NCBI GenBank assembly: GCA_964016885.1
Contig: OZ024740.1
Coordinates: 225,990,001 to 226,054,000 of the forward strand
Direction of reading: 5' to 3'
Length of the DNA: 64,000 nucleotides
Origin: Eledone cirrhosa
Lineage: Eukaryota
Shown: positions 1 to 12,473 of the stretch, piece after piece
How the letters are laid out: each line of letters begins with the position of its first letter
How positions within the stretch are numbered: position 1 is the stretch's first letter
The notes under the pieces: model-generated
Seen by the model: the letters and a program-made list of their open reading frames with translations, nothing else
Database searches by the model: none
Told to the model about the DNA's origin: nothing
Program-made: the position numbers and the translations under genes

Positions 1-99
1 GTCTTCAGTCTTTGTTTCTTGTGGTGACCTGATAGTTGATTTAGCAGAAGACACTCAGCATGAAGTTCCTAATTGGATGCTAGATTTGTTGACCAATCC

Positions 100-560
100 A
101 TGACAATCGTCAGTTTTGTACCTGAGGTTAGAGGTGTGACTGCTCTGTCCATGTGAAAATTTCTGCATTTGTTATGCGATCTTGGTATATGTGCAGACAA
201 TTTATGTCAAATGTGTTCACAGCTAGTTTTTTTGTTTTTTTTTTGTATGCATGATCTATGTCTCGCAGCCATAAAGAAACATTGGCAGACAGTGTATTAT
301 ACATCCGTAACTTCAAATGAATACTGATGCTTACTTTCCAAATCTGTCAAAGGTCACTCATTGCCTTATAGGCTAATGCTCTTGTGTGAAGTATGTCTTC
401 CTCATCAGTGTGATTACAGCTGACGACCTTTGAGCCTAAGTAGATAAAGGTAATGGTTCTTCTGAGTTTAGTATTATTTGCAAATATTCCATTATCGTTA
501 TCAATGTTTGAACACATGTAGTCTGTTTTTGCGATGTTTAGTTCCAGGCAAACAGTGTGT
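100..560 (-). pseudogene. Degraded RTE-like LINE reverse transcriptase fragment
   Basis: Minus-strand translation gives LELNIAKTDY, FIYLGS, KLRMYNTL and NTFDINCL..YQDRITNAEI, typical of the late RT/thumb region of RTE ORFs; frameshifted. Confidence 0.7.
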
Positions 561-957
561 GCTTTGCATATTAATCGATTTAAATGCCCATATCACTGCA
601 GAGAGTTAAGAATCAACCATAGGAAGATAAACATTCCACCAAACGATGAATGACTACAGAATAAGGTGCACTAATTTCTTTCAACAGAACAACTTGCATG
701 ACCTGCAGTCACAATTCCACCATAGTGATGCTTGTGAATGGAGATGGTTACATCCTGCCCGGCCATTAAAATCAACTGGACCTAATAGCAGTAAAATCTG
801 AATGGATGGGGTCCTTCACTAACTGTCGAGCATATTCTAGTGTTGAAATAAACTCAGATCATAGAATTGTGTCCTGTCAAATACCATTAAGGTCCACTTT
901 GCTGGGACAGCTCTCTCTCCTACCCATTGTCACATCCTGAATATTTCTCTGAATCAA

Positions 958-1070
958 AATAATTGTTTCTACTTTTGGCACAAGGCCAGCAATTATCCCA
1001 GTGCATTACTGGTACTTTATTTTATCGACCCCGTGACAAAGGCAAAGGCAAAGTTAACCTCGGCGAGAAT
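958..1070 (-). mobile_element. 5'-truncated SINE family A copy
   Basis: Reverse complement of the 3' half of the full copy at 30700-30890 (gccgaggttaactttgcc...gtcgataaaataaagtaccag...gccttgtgccaaaagtagaaacaatt). Confidence 0.85.
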
Positions 1071-2589
1071 GAGTCAAATAATATTTCTACAAGTTGAAAA
1101 CAGTAAACTCTAACTGTTAGCATTATCATGTTTCTATTAATTCCCTATGTAATCGTTTGACCAAATGCTTTCCTTATTTGTTTTTTTTTGTTATTTTTTT
1201 AAATGTTATTCTTTCTTTAAGACATTTTTTTAAAGATATCTTTTTAAAGCAAAGCATTGGTCCCTAAAATACTACAGTCGGTCTCTGAAATACTACCATG
1301 GACCCTGCAGTGCTACTGTGGGGCCCCCTGGGGCCCAATTGCCACTGAGCAGCCTGGCAACCTGGCCAGTCTGCCACTGGTGATACAAGTAGTTTAGTTT
1401 TAAAGAAACAATACTACAAGATCTTCATAAGTGCTATCATTGTTTAGATGCAAGTCAGTCATAATGAAGCAAATCTAAGATCAAAGACATTCCAATTCTA
1501 ATGGCTGAATACGCAGGACTACATTATCTAACACTTCACTTTCTAAGATGGTAAGCTGTGAGTCAGGAGAATTTGGCTGTCATTTATAACACGTCAAGCT
1601 CCAAGTCATATAGTATCATATTTTAACACTTTCTACTCTGACTCCATACCTTCTACATGAAAATCACTGTAAAAGTTATATTCATTAATTAGACATTGAA
1701 CTCAGTAAAATTGTGGTTGGGTGAAATTTGCTTTGGTACAGTGCATCACTATATTTTTGTATCATATTCCATATTAGCCAATTCCCATGAAAATAAACTA
1801 TCTCATTTAGGTATATATAGAACAAATCAGTCACCAACAAATTCTTTTGATTCTACTATCTCTTGGAAACAGATGTTGGCTGTGATAGCAGTCCAGCGAT
1901 TTCAGCGGGCTGCCAAACTGACTGCACAGGTTAGTAAGTACATGCGACAACTCACTGCATTACCTTCTTTAGTTTATTCACCTTTCTACATTCATGCATT
2001 CAGTCTATCACTCTCTAAAATCTCTGCATGAGACATCTTGGTGACAAGTTCCACTCCAACAAAATATATTTACTTTCTAAGAAATCACTTTCTTTATCTC
2101 TGAACTCTATATTTTACTATAATAAAAACGGAAACATTATGCTTGTAATTTTGAAGCGTTGCATATTTTTATGTGCTATTTTTTGTCATGTGGATTCGTT
2201 AAAAAATAAATATATAATTAGCTGTCTTGTTTCCTTGTTGGTCTACTCACAAGATGTCAATATGTTAGAGAGATCACTTCCCCAACATCAATCACATCAA
2301 CAACATATCAACCACATTACCAACACATCACACCTAACCTTTTTATTAAAAATTCAACAAAAGTCATGTTAATACTTTCCTAGAAACTCATGCTAAAACA
2401 ATAATGTAAAACGATGGTTGGTTTGTCTTGAATGTTGTATGAAATAGCAATAGTAAACATGTGTGTATGGCAGAACAGAATATAGTGTTGACAGTGGGTG
2501 GTTACAGACGATTAATGGTGGATGAAGATATAAACCACAATAATGACGTACTTTTGTGGAGCAATGACTCCAGGTATTATTAGTTTAAT

Positions 2590-2790
2590 AATCTTTTCTG
2601 ATTTAGGCACAAAGCTAACAATTTTTGGGGAGAGGAAAGTCAATAAAATTAAACCAAGTTCATTTCTGGTACTTCATTTTATCGACCCAGTAAGGATGAA
2701 AGGCAGGGCTGACCTTGAAGGATTTGAACTCAGGACATAAAGGGCTGTAACTACATGACATAAAGCATGTTGTCCAATGCTCTACTGATA
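2590..2790 (-). mobile_element. Diverged SINE family A copy
   Basis: ctggtacttcattttatcgacccagtaaggatgaaaggc...gatttgaactcag is the reverse complement of the family A core and B box. Confidence 0.7.
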
Positions 2791-2859
2791 CTGTTAATAT
2801 GACATCCTTTATTATTAGCTTATTAATGAAACAATTCTAGATAAATCCAATAACAGTTT

Positions 2860-3060
2860 TTTCTTGTTCCCCAAGTCAACAATGATCAAGCAAAACTGCG
2901 ATCAAAAAGTTTCTGATGGCGATCATCACAAATATTTCCTATGTTTAATGATGTCTAGAGCACATTATCCAATGTTTTCTTTTTTAACACAGTAAGGTGT
3001 GATTCGAGGGAGTTTGGCTGCTATTTCTAGCAAGTTGAGCAATCATGAATAAACTCTAAA
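2860..3060. repeat. Dispersed repeat family C (older; SINE- or MITE-like, class unresolved)
   Basis: Motifs cacattatccaatg and tttggctgctatttctagc recur, diverged, near 1470-1600, 5240-5350, 16620-16790 (reverse), 17970-18140, 18205-18400 and 25490-25560 (reverse). Confidence 0.55.
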
Positions 3061-3404
3061 TCCAGTAATCAAAAAGTATATGAAGTGTGCTTGTCACCCT
3101 ACCTGCTGAACGACTAGGTATGATCCACAGATTTATAGTTCCAGATACACCATGCTTTCACTTCACTGAGAATACCACTGCAGACTTCATAACGTAGAGG
3201 TTAATTGTAAGAAGTAGAGAGTGGCAATGTATACTAGAGTTAACAATGACCTATGTGGGAATTGTTGCTATATTTCTGGTATTATGGCACTATGATGGTA
3301 ATGAATGAAGATATTAAATCTACTTTTTATTATAGTGATAGATTCAGGCATGTAAGTTCAAACACACACACACTCACATTATATATATGTGTGTGTGTGT
3401 ATCC

Positions 3405-3479
<75 letters not shown>

Positions 3480-3514
3480 GGTGTTAAAGTTTGCTTGAAG
3501 CATTGTGAAATGTG

Positions 3515-3767
3515 TAAAATACGTAGTTAAGAAAGCCACCACAATGCAGAGGGAAATCTCGAGGTAGGAAGTGAATGATAGATAGGAGAAACAGGTGAAA
3601 GTGAAAATTGAGAGAGACAAAGATGAAAACAAAACAAAGGTATTATTACCTTTGTTTTGTTTTCATCTTTGTCTCTCTCAATTTTCACTTTCACCTGTTT
3701 CTCCTATCTATCATTCACTTCCTACCTCGAGATTTCCCTCTGTATTGTTGTGGCTTTCTTAACTACG

Positions 3768-3774
<7 letters not shown>
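3515..3774. repeat. Near-perfect fold-back palindrome (~128-bp arms, 4-nt loop) between (TA)n tracts
   Basis: taaaatacgtagttaagaaagcc...aaaacaaaggta | ttat | tacctttgtttt...ggctttcttaactacgtatttta. Confidence 0.95.
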
Positions 3775-3806
<32 letters not shown>

Positions 3807-4589
3807 TAATTTCAGCAAGATCGTATTTCGGTGGTGGCCTAAACAAAACAAAATGAAACGCAATTTTCGAGATATGCCAGCAAGGGCTTAATGGACTAAG
3901 AAGAAACCAGAGCAATGTATATGTTTTATAAAGGCCAGATAAAATGAAAACAGTGGTTGTGAAGTCAACAGCCACCGTAGCCGAAAAAACGAATCAAGCT
4001 AAACAGGTTAACAAACATACATACATATATAACGTGTGTTTGTCTTTTCCTCTTTTCATTTTACATTTGTCTTTGTCCCATATGGGTGGTAGCTTTAATC
4101 TGTCACTTGATTTAAAACCACCATCTAGACTTTAGGTACTTTTAGCAGGCATCCATCCTTTGCAATGATTTGCACCTGATCTCTAGTTGCAGAATGCTTT
4201 TCTTGCTCCCAGCCATAATCTCTGTGGCCTTGAGTCAGATGGGGTCAGGGTGTTGCCCTTTCTCCTGAGTAAACAACAACATAAAGAAAGACCCCTAGCT
4301 CAGTGGTTATATGTTCAAAGATCTATACCTTACTAAAAGAAATACAAGTCAGCATCAGCAGCACAACTTTAGCCTGAAAATGCTTCTTTCAGCCTATGCC
4401 AGAATGGAAAAAATAGACATAAAACCGATAATGATAATGCTTTTTATATAAGAAACTGAAAGAGAGCAAGTTGTGTAGGCTTTTTTCTTTAAAGTAACTT
4501 AATAGTATGAATCTGAAGGGTTTTCTAATTAGCTGTAGATATTTATCTCCCTATTTACCATATTCTATTGTAAATTGATCTTGTATTTC

Positions 4590-4750
4590 AACAAAAAGTG
4601 CCCAGCCCACACTATAAAGTGGTTGTGTGTGTGATATGACAAAAAATGCCCAACCTACACTGTAAAGTGGTCCTCTCTGTACCACGATCAAAAGCACCCA
4701 GTCTACACTGTAAATATGGTTGGTATTAGGAAGAGCATCCAGCCATAAAA
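4590..4750 (+). mobile_element. RTE LINE 3'UTR-derived fragment with three tandem modules
   Basis: Three copies of an aaaa-gtgcccagcccacactgtaaagtgg-like module, then ggttggtattaggaagagcatccagcc, matching the 3'UTR at 35541-35839. Confidence 0.7.
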
Positions 4751-5969
4751 TTTAGAACACAACATGTCAGTTTCATCAGTTTGGCTATCTTTGAATTTAA
4801 ACAATGATATTTATAATGAAATTCAACAACACTATACTTATCCTGTTTTTGTCTTTGCCTGTTTTGTTACATCACGATATGTACTGATTGAGTGTTGACT
4901 GATAGTTTGAGTCTTCTGTAGTAAACCTTTTAGAAAAATCTTTCATTTTTGTTTTGTATCTTATAACTTTCTTCTACTCAGAAGTAATTGTATTAGAAGT
5001 TTTGATGTAATTCGCTGATTTCAGTGTCTCTGGATACTTATTTTGTCTCTTATTATAGAAACTGTGGCACAGTCTAATTCCACATTCATTTTCAAATCTT
5101 ATCTCAATTATGGACAATTTTAGAAGGGTTCATCAACAGGATTAACCCTTCTAAAATTTTCCATAATTATAAATAGTTCTAAGTCCTTTATATAGAGATA
5201 GTTTATATTTTGTAAGGTGCATAGTTGTTGGTGGTGTTTTGCCCCAGATCAGCTCTGATCAATCAGATTTAGGAACAAAGTAATTCTAGCTGAGACCATT
5301 GTGCTTTTTTCCCCTGTATGCAGGAACCTAGAAACACATTATCCAACGAGTAAGACAAGAGTAAGATTTCAAGAGCCTTAAAAGTAGATAAAGTAGGTAG
5401 AGTATAAATTGGTAAACAAATTATAGACATATAGTTGTGGGATTCTTAGGAATTGACATGGACCCCCTCCCAACACACACACCCCCACAAACACACACAC
5501 ACCATCCATAACAGTCATTCAGATGTTGCATCTGTTCAACTTATCAGTTCATTAAATGATACTATTATATCTCCTAGTGTTATGTTTTCTTTTCATTTGA
5601 AATGCCCCTGTAAGATCCTTTTCTATTTGATTCAAATCTTTCTTCTAAATAAAATACACATATATTTTGAAGTATCATCTTATTCTGCATGCTTTTGATT
5701 ACAAGATTTGCTTAAACTTTTCCTTTACCACCAGAATGTTTTCTTTGTTATTGATATACCTTTTAATTATTTGGCTTCTTTATTATATTTTACCTCACCT
5801 TTTCCATTTTGCTCAGTGAAGATAGGTCTATTTAAGTATATTTTCTCTCCATTTTTTTTATTTGTTAAGGTTGACTGAAGAGGATCTGACTATGTTAGGA
5901 TCAAGCTTGATTTCCCTTGATACTACCACCACTATCAAATAGATTAGATGATATAGTTTGTTGATATTC

Positions 5970-6615
5970 AAGAAGTTCTTTTCAGAGAAGTAGAAGACAC
6001 GCCAGGGGTGTCAATAGGTGGTATGAACATAAAACAACCTTAGATATCCAGCCAATACTACCTTATTAACTCTCAACAGAGAAGATGACAGAATCTTTTA
6101 AATATAATAAATGATAAAGGAATGCCCTATAGAATGGAAACGCATGTAAGAAACCAAAATCAATGGTAATCTTCAAGAAACAATAGTCACCTAAAATAAA
6201 TACAACAATTGATGGAAAGCCAATTGAATAGACTCCAAAGAATATATATATATATATATATATATTTATACTTGGAATATATGCAGTATACAGTCGGAAA
6301 GTAGAAAATATGATACTGAAAATAAAAATGAGATAACTAGAAAGCCATTTGAAAAAGATGTCAAATATACTAACATAAAAATACATGCACATTGAATCCA
6401 GCAAACAATTATTAAAATGTGCTGTATGATCCACTTAACTATATGGAGTTGAAACACAGACATTAACATAATTACATGGATATTATCTAGTATTAGTCAG
6501 ACTTAAAACATTGTGAATGTATTATGACAGCTCAAGAAAAACTGAGATGGTGTCTGGAAGCAAGACATATCTAATGATAATGGTTTCCATAGACAGAATA
6601 TGGAGATAAGATGAT
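5970..6615 (+). pseudogene. Degraded RTE-like RT fragment, interrupted by (TA)n
   Basis: Reads FREVEDTPGVSIGGMNI..LRY, KINTTIDGKPIE, YLG, KQLLKCAV..LYGVET across frameshifts and stops. Confidence 0.7.
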
Positions 6616-6759
6616 CTGTTAATTATTTTGTAAATGTTAGCACATACCGAAGTTCTGGTTGATTTCCTTCTTTTTGTGTTGAAATGTTTTATTTTTTTCC
6701 AAGAAATTTCTAACCTGTTTATTTTAGGAAGCAAAAACCTCTTCTTCTTCACCCACTTA

Positions 6760-7060
6760 TTCCTCAAGTGGGTCCTGTCAGAAGCAACTGTTTCCAACTG
6801 ATCTGGCTGGACCCCCAAGTGAGACAAGCTGAGCTCATGGATGTTATCCCACCATCATGCTTGGGGTGTAACTCTGGGTCTCCTGCCTGTTGATTTTGCC
6901 TGTAAAATCTGTCCAGTGATTCTTTCCTGTGACATTCTAACCTCATGACTATAGTACCAGAGCTGTGATCTCGCAATTGAAAGAAGTAACAGCTTTACTT
7001 GAAGCAACTGTCTGATCTCCGAGCTACATGCTCTATTGAGTAATGTGGCTCCAAAGTATT
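6760..7060 (-). mobile_element. Degraded LINE 3' fragment (same family as 7811-8030 and 11530-12110)
   Basis: Minus strand encodes WWDNIHELSLSHLGVQPDQLETVASDR, homologous to RWLDNIHGLGLSSLGIQPGKLVALDR at 7811-8020. Confidence 0.7.
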
Positions 7061-7321
7061 TGAATTATTTAATTAAATTTTGGAGGGATTTACTAAAACG
7101 ATTTGTTATTTAATTATTAAGGTTGTATTGACATAAAAAAAGCTATTGTTATATTTGGGGATGTTCATATTGCTAGTGTTGCCAATAAAAAGAAACACAC
7201 TCACCATATGATTTTCACTTTATCTTCATCATTATTGCTTGTTATTCATTCGTTTGTCAAAGTTCTTTCATCACACATTTCGTGACCTCATAAATGAATG
7301 TTTTCTTTTTGTGCCTTTCTC

Positions 7322-7811
7322 TTTCTGGTCTTAAAAGTCTACCCCCTTTTGTCTATATCAAATTATATTGAAAGGTTTTAATCTATATAGAAACCCTTTA
7401 AAATGGGTGGTTTTGTGTCATAGAACCAGCGGACGTTCCGGGCAGTTTGGTATTAAAATAAAGATATTGCTGTACACTGAAGTTGACATCTTGCACTCAC
7501 ATAAACGTTTTGCTATTGTCAGATATATTTTGTATAAAAGTTAAATGAGACTAAAATGTATTTCATTTTTGTTTTCATACTTCTATTAAATGTGAAACTT
7601 CCAATACTATGGGCACATAGCAAAACGTTTATGTCAACTTCAGTGTTTATGTCAACTTCAGTGTTTATGTCAACTTCAGTGTACAAACTGCTCGGAACGT
7701 CCTCTGGTTCTATGAATCAAAACCACCCATTTTAAATGGTTTCTATATAGATTAAAACCTTTCAATATAATTTGATATAGACAAAAGAGGGTAGACTTTT
7801 AAGACCAGAAA
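7322..7811. repeat. Long imperfect inverted repeat containing a 3x18-bp tandem repeat
   Basis: 7322-7449 is the reverse complement of 7684-7811. Inner blocks 7471-7516 match 7617-7684. (gtttatgtcaacttcagt)x3 lies at ~7627-7680. Confidence 0.92.
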
Positions 7812-8030
7812 TGTTTCAGGAAAAAATTGCTGGACAAATTTTATGGGCAAAACCAACCATCAGGAGACCTAGGGGTAGACCCCAAGCAAGATGGTTGGAT
7901 AACATCCATGGGCTTGGCTTGTCTAGCTTGGGGATCCAGCCAGGTAAGTTGGTTGCTTTGGACAGGATCCACTGGAAGCAGTGTTTGAGGACTATACCCC
8001 AACGATGCTCTCAGAAATAAATGAGCAAAG
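7811..8030 (+). mobile_element. RTE-like LINE 3' terminal fragment
   Basis: RRPRGRPQARWLDNI...DRIHWK is the conserved R-x-RGRP-x-x-RW-x-D C-terminal motif of RTE ORFs. Confidence 0.75.
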
Positions 8031-10654
8031 AAGAAGACATTTCTTTCTCTCATTCTACTGCCACAATTGAAATTTTACAGTGATTTCTTGTACCAATTGT
8101 GTCATATGGATACCATTTGTATTGGTTGAATGCATCCCTCTCTAAGTTATATTTACAAAAGAATTTGAACACAATACTTCAAGTTAATGAAACATTGATA
8201 CATTTTACAGTGCTACCACTGTTTAAAGTAAAAGTTATTTAAAATAGCTAAACATGTGTGGAAATGTTGACATTATAGCAAGGTGACATTCAAAGTATAC
8301 AAACCGGCCAAACTTCAACTGGTAGACCAATGGAATATCATTTGAAAATAAATAATTTTGTTTTTATTTATTTTTAATATACTATGTAGCTTCCCTTATT
8401 TTAACCATTGGCAACATAATTTATCACGAGAATATTTATAAGTTGGATAAATCACTTCTAACAGTTGCAGACTTAAATGTTTAAGTCATTAAAGTTTTCT
8501 GATTTAGGCATAAGGCCAACAATTTTAGTGGAGGTGAAAGTCGATTAAATTGACTCCAGTGTATTACTGGTGCTTTATTTTATTGAACAATTGTATCATG
8601 TTTACTGTTTGAAGTAATAGAAAAGGTAAACTTATATTCAATTGAATCAACTACCTGTTTTTAAAAGTTAAAGTCTTTCTTGGACCTAGAGGCTCAATAC
8701 TTTGGTGCTTATCTCAGTTTCATGTAGTGTTAAGCAACTAACAGAACATGTCTCACCTGATTCAGGATGTTTATCTGCTGCTGCTCACACTAAAGTTCAG
8801 CTGTGTGATCTGTAGCAAGATGTCATGAAGTTTTTTACTCAGTCTGGGAATCAACCCACAACTTTACTATCATGGGCTGAATACATTAACCATGAAACCC
8901 TCACATTTTAAAAGTACCTATTCTACTCTACTCCTTTTACCAAAGGGATGAAAGGCATTTAAGAACTGTGGGGCTTCAGCATATATGCTATAAATCATCT
9001 TTATTATAACTCTAAAGTCTGCACCAACATACAGGATATATACTGATAAGATTTATTTGTTGTTGCAATGCCTCAGATTTATAGTAAAGAGTAGAATCTT
9101 GTGTTAGCTTTATGCTTCTCTATTCTAGATGAAATTAAATTACCACTGCAGGAAATGAAAACCACATTGCAGACTCATATTACTGAAAGCTTACATCCAC
9201 TCTATTACGTTAACTACCTTAATCATGTAAATAATGAAAGCTGTCAGAAACTGATATCCTTATTTAGAATTCACTATAAGTCAAGAGAAGTTAAACGATA
9301 CAATGAAAGGCTTGCATTAGATTGTGAACATATGATTCATGCTCTTTTCCATTCTACTATTACATTTCTCAAGAGCTATTGAATATTGAAAGATATACTT
9401 TAGGTGTTTTAAGAAAAAATATGCATTGATCAATATTTATAGAAAAAAAGAAAATGGAAATGTTTTTCACTTTAACCAATTTACTAGCATATTTTTAAAA
9501 TTTCAAATTATGTTGAAATTAAGCAAGAATTTGAAGTGATTTAGTAATATAGCAAACTTTCTTGTTATTAAGCCAGTGAGTTGGACATAGCTTAGCAAAA
9601 ATTCTAACATATAATTATGATGAAGGTTTTTAAATTAATATAACAGCTTAGTATTGAAGAACCATGTGTGGTTTCAGTTATTTGATATCAAAGGGTTAAA
9701 AAGGGAATATTTCATATTCACAAAAGGTCAACTGTGCATATGTGCTGAGGAACATTAGATAAGGAATGAAATCATAGTTTTGAAATGACAATGTTTATAA
9801 ATAAATGAACCAGTAAAAGAAACTCTAAATTATATCTATAAGTATAATTATACTTTGCACCCATCTAAAATAAGAATAATCTGTAATAATTTAAAGATTT
9901 GTAGACGTCTAAATTTATCTAGTTTTAATGATTGTTAATAGCCATGTCAGCGTATGTGATCTCAACAATTTATATATTAATGATGAGCATATATGGATTC
10001 AAGAGAAATCTTGTCAGGCAGCCTAATTGCTCATAGGTCAGCAAAGTGTCACTGACTTCTTAGAATAAGTTCATTGGTACATTCAGTAATCTAACAAGAT
10101 TGATAACACTTATATCAAAAGGTTATCTGGATATTAATGTTATTGCTAGGCAATTACCAAGAGAAGAAAATGCTTCAGTTATATCAACGAAATTCTGGTT
10201 ACTTTAACTAGAAGCTTATAGTATTTATTTCTTATTAGCTTCTTCTTCACATAAATTTTGACATATTAACAATTGTCAGAATAAAGTAAACAGAGGAATA
10301 TGATCTGGAGAATTCTTGTTGCTGTAGAGTATTTACAATTCCAAATATATTCAAAGATCTATAAAACTTTGAAATTTTTGCAGAGAAAAATGATCTTACT
10401 TAGAAATAAAAAGAAATAAAAAGAAAAATCATATTTTGAGTAAGAAAAGATCATCATATCCACTAAGAAGCTTATTCATTCTAACAGAAGTATATTATGC
10501 AGACATAAAATTCACACTTTATAAAAATACTATCATGATCTAAGATGACAACTCTTAGTCTCATTATATTTGTTTTTATTAGTGTCATCTGGAGACTGAG
10601 AGTGACTGTGTCCATGACATTTGCCAGATCTCTGAGATCAATGATATTGTGCCT

Positions 10655-10905
10655 GTTATCATTTTGCTTAAAGTCTTGTGAATTAAAGACTGCAGGAAAC
10701 ACATGTGCAGTCAGAGAATTCTAGAGGATTGATGTTCTAGGAAAGAAAGATGTAGTTAGTGAAGTGTCTGGGGAGTTGTACACACTATGGTTGATGACAG
10801 TGAAGCAAAAGGGCTTACGTGGAGGTGGCATGAAACCACCAGTTCTAAGAAGCAGGGGCTACTGTAGTAATGGTAGAAAAAGGAGAGACAGCACAATTGT
10901 CAGAT
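10655..10905 (-). pseudogene. Degraded CR1/L2-group LINE 3' ORF fragment
   Basis: Minus strand reads SLLFYHYY..C..EL, then SFPRTSIL*NSL..HVFPAVFNSQDFK, resembling the CR1/L2/Jockey-group ORF2 C-terminus. Confidence 0.55.
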
Positions 10906-11529
10906 TATCTGAAGTCTTCTGGGAATTGTATAATTTCTTCTACAACTGTGTTTTACTAGATTCTAAACTTAATTATTTGTTCATGTAATTTGCTGTTATG
11001 CACAAAGAAATAGATACAGACTTTATCGTTTTAAATTCCAAACAGCTTAAAATATTTCATAAAGTATTTAGTACGACTGCTCAAAAAAAAAATTGCATCG
11101 ATGATAATAGCTTGGATTTCAAAGAACTCAATGTAAATCCATACTATTTATACACCTACTGTCTATTTCCTATCCTCTCAGTCTTTTGTTTGTTTCAGTC
11201 AATATACTTTTCATATCCATTATTCTTCTTTACTTATTTTCCTGTTTATTTTTAAAAAGAATTATGCTCTGTTAGCTATGTTTAATATCTAGTGACAGAA
11301 CCAGTGGAGCTAGCAGCTCAGTCATGCTGGAATCACATTAGCAAGACAACAGCTGATAGAGAAAATTATTATTTTTATCTGTTTTAATTCATTTGAAGCA
11401 CACATTTTCCTGACTTGCAAAGAACTATGTTCATATAAAGCAGGGTGTTACTAAAGAGAAGTCTGACCAAAATTGCACTGGAATATTTATATTAACCCTT
11501 TAGCATTTAAACCATCTGTAGGGGGCCTT

Positions 11530-12110
11530 CTCTGTGCACTCTATATGTGACTGGAGATCCACTGAAGCAGGTGGAGAAGTCCAAGTATCTCAGGGTCATT
11601 TTCCCGAGTGATGAAAGGTAGGCGGCTGATTTATTACTGTATCAGCTTCAGCATTTGATCATCAGAAGAACAGAAGTAGGTGTAACCCCAAACACACTAC
11701 CTTCAATTCAATATTCATGCCAATCCTTTTCTATGGCCATGAATATATTTGTAAATACAAGCAGCCAAAGTGGGGTACCTCTGAAGGGTCTTTGGAGCAA
11801 TGTTACTCAATAGAGTGCATAGCTTGGAAATCAGAGAATCACCCCAGGTAGAGCTTCTACTTCTCTGAATTGAGAGATCACAGCTCCAATACTCTAACAT
11901 GTTAGAATTTCTCAGTAAAGAATTGCTGAACAGATGTTATGGGCAAACAGGTAGGAGACTCTGAACAAGATGGTTGGATATTATCCAATAGCTCAGTTAG
12001 TCTTGGTTGGGGATCCAGCCAGATAAATTGGATACGGTTGCTTCTGACAGGACCTGTTGGAAGGCATGTCTAAGGACTCTTCCCTCGCAATGCTTACAGG
12101 TGTAAGTGAG
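11530..12110 (+). mobile_element. Fragmented RTE-like LINE
   Basis: CTLYVTGDPLKQVEKSKYL near 11535-11592; a 3' segment (11900-12110) is homologous to 7811-8030. Confidence 0.6.
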
Positions 12111-12473
12111 CAAAGAAGATTATGTCGACCATCCATTAAGACGACAATACAATGGTTTGTAAATGGCAGGTTATAGAATTCCTTGTAGAAAATATTTCTA
12201 CATTGTTCCATCACGAGAATCTGGGCATCAGCTTTTCATGATGGAACGATGTAGAAATATATCTTACAGTAAGTTTGGATTAATGGCCAAAGGTTATAAT
12301 TAAAGAGAGTTTGGCACCCCAGTGCTACCTGGGAAATAATCTTACTCAATGTTTCAAAAAGGAGCCAATGATCGTTACACAAAATGTATTGTGAGAAAGG
12401 GACATAAGATGAGCTAGCTGAACACTAGCTCCCAGTAGGAACCCTAATGAAATAAAGTTCTCAACCTTCTTAG

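Noticed and set aside
1260-1385. GC-rich patch resembling a DNA-transposon end (also 32176-32240)
   Set aside because: No matching second TIR or TSD found.
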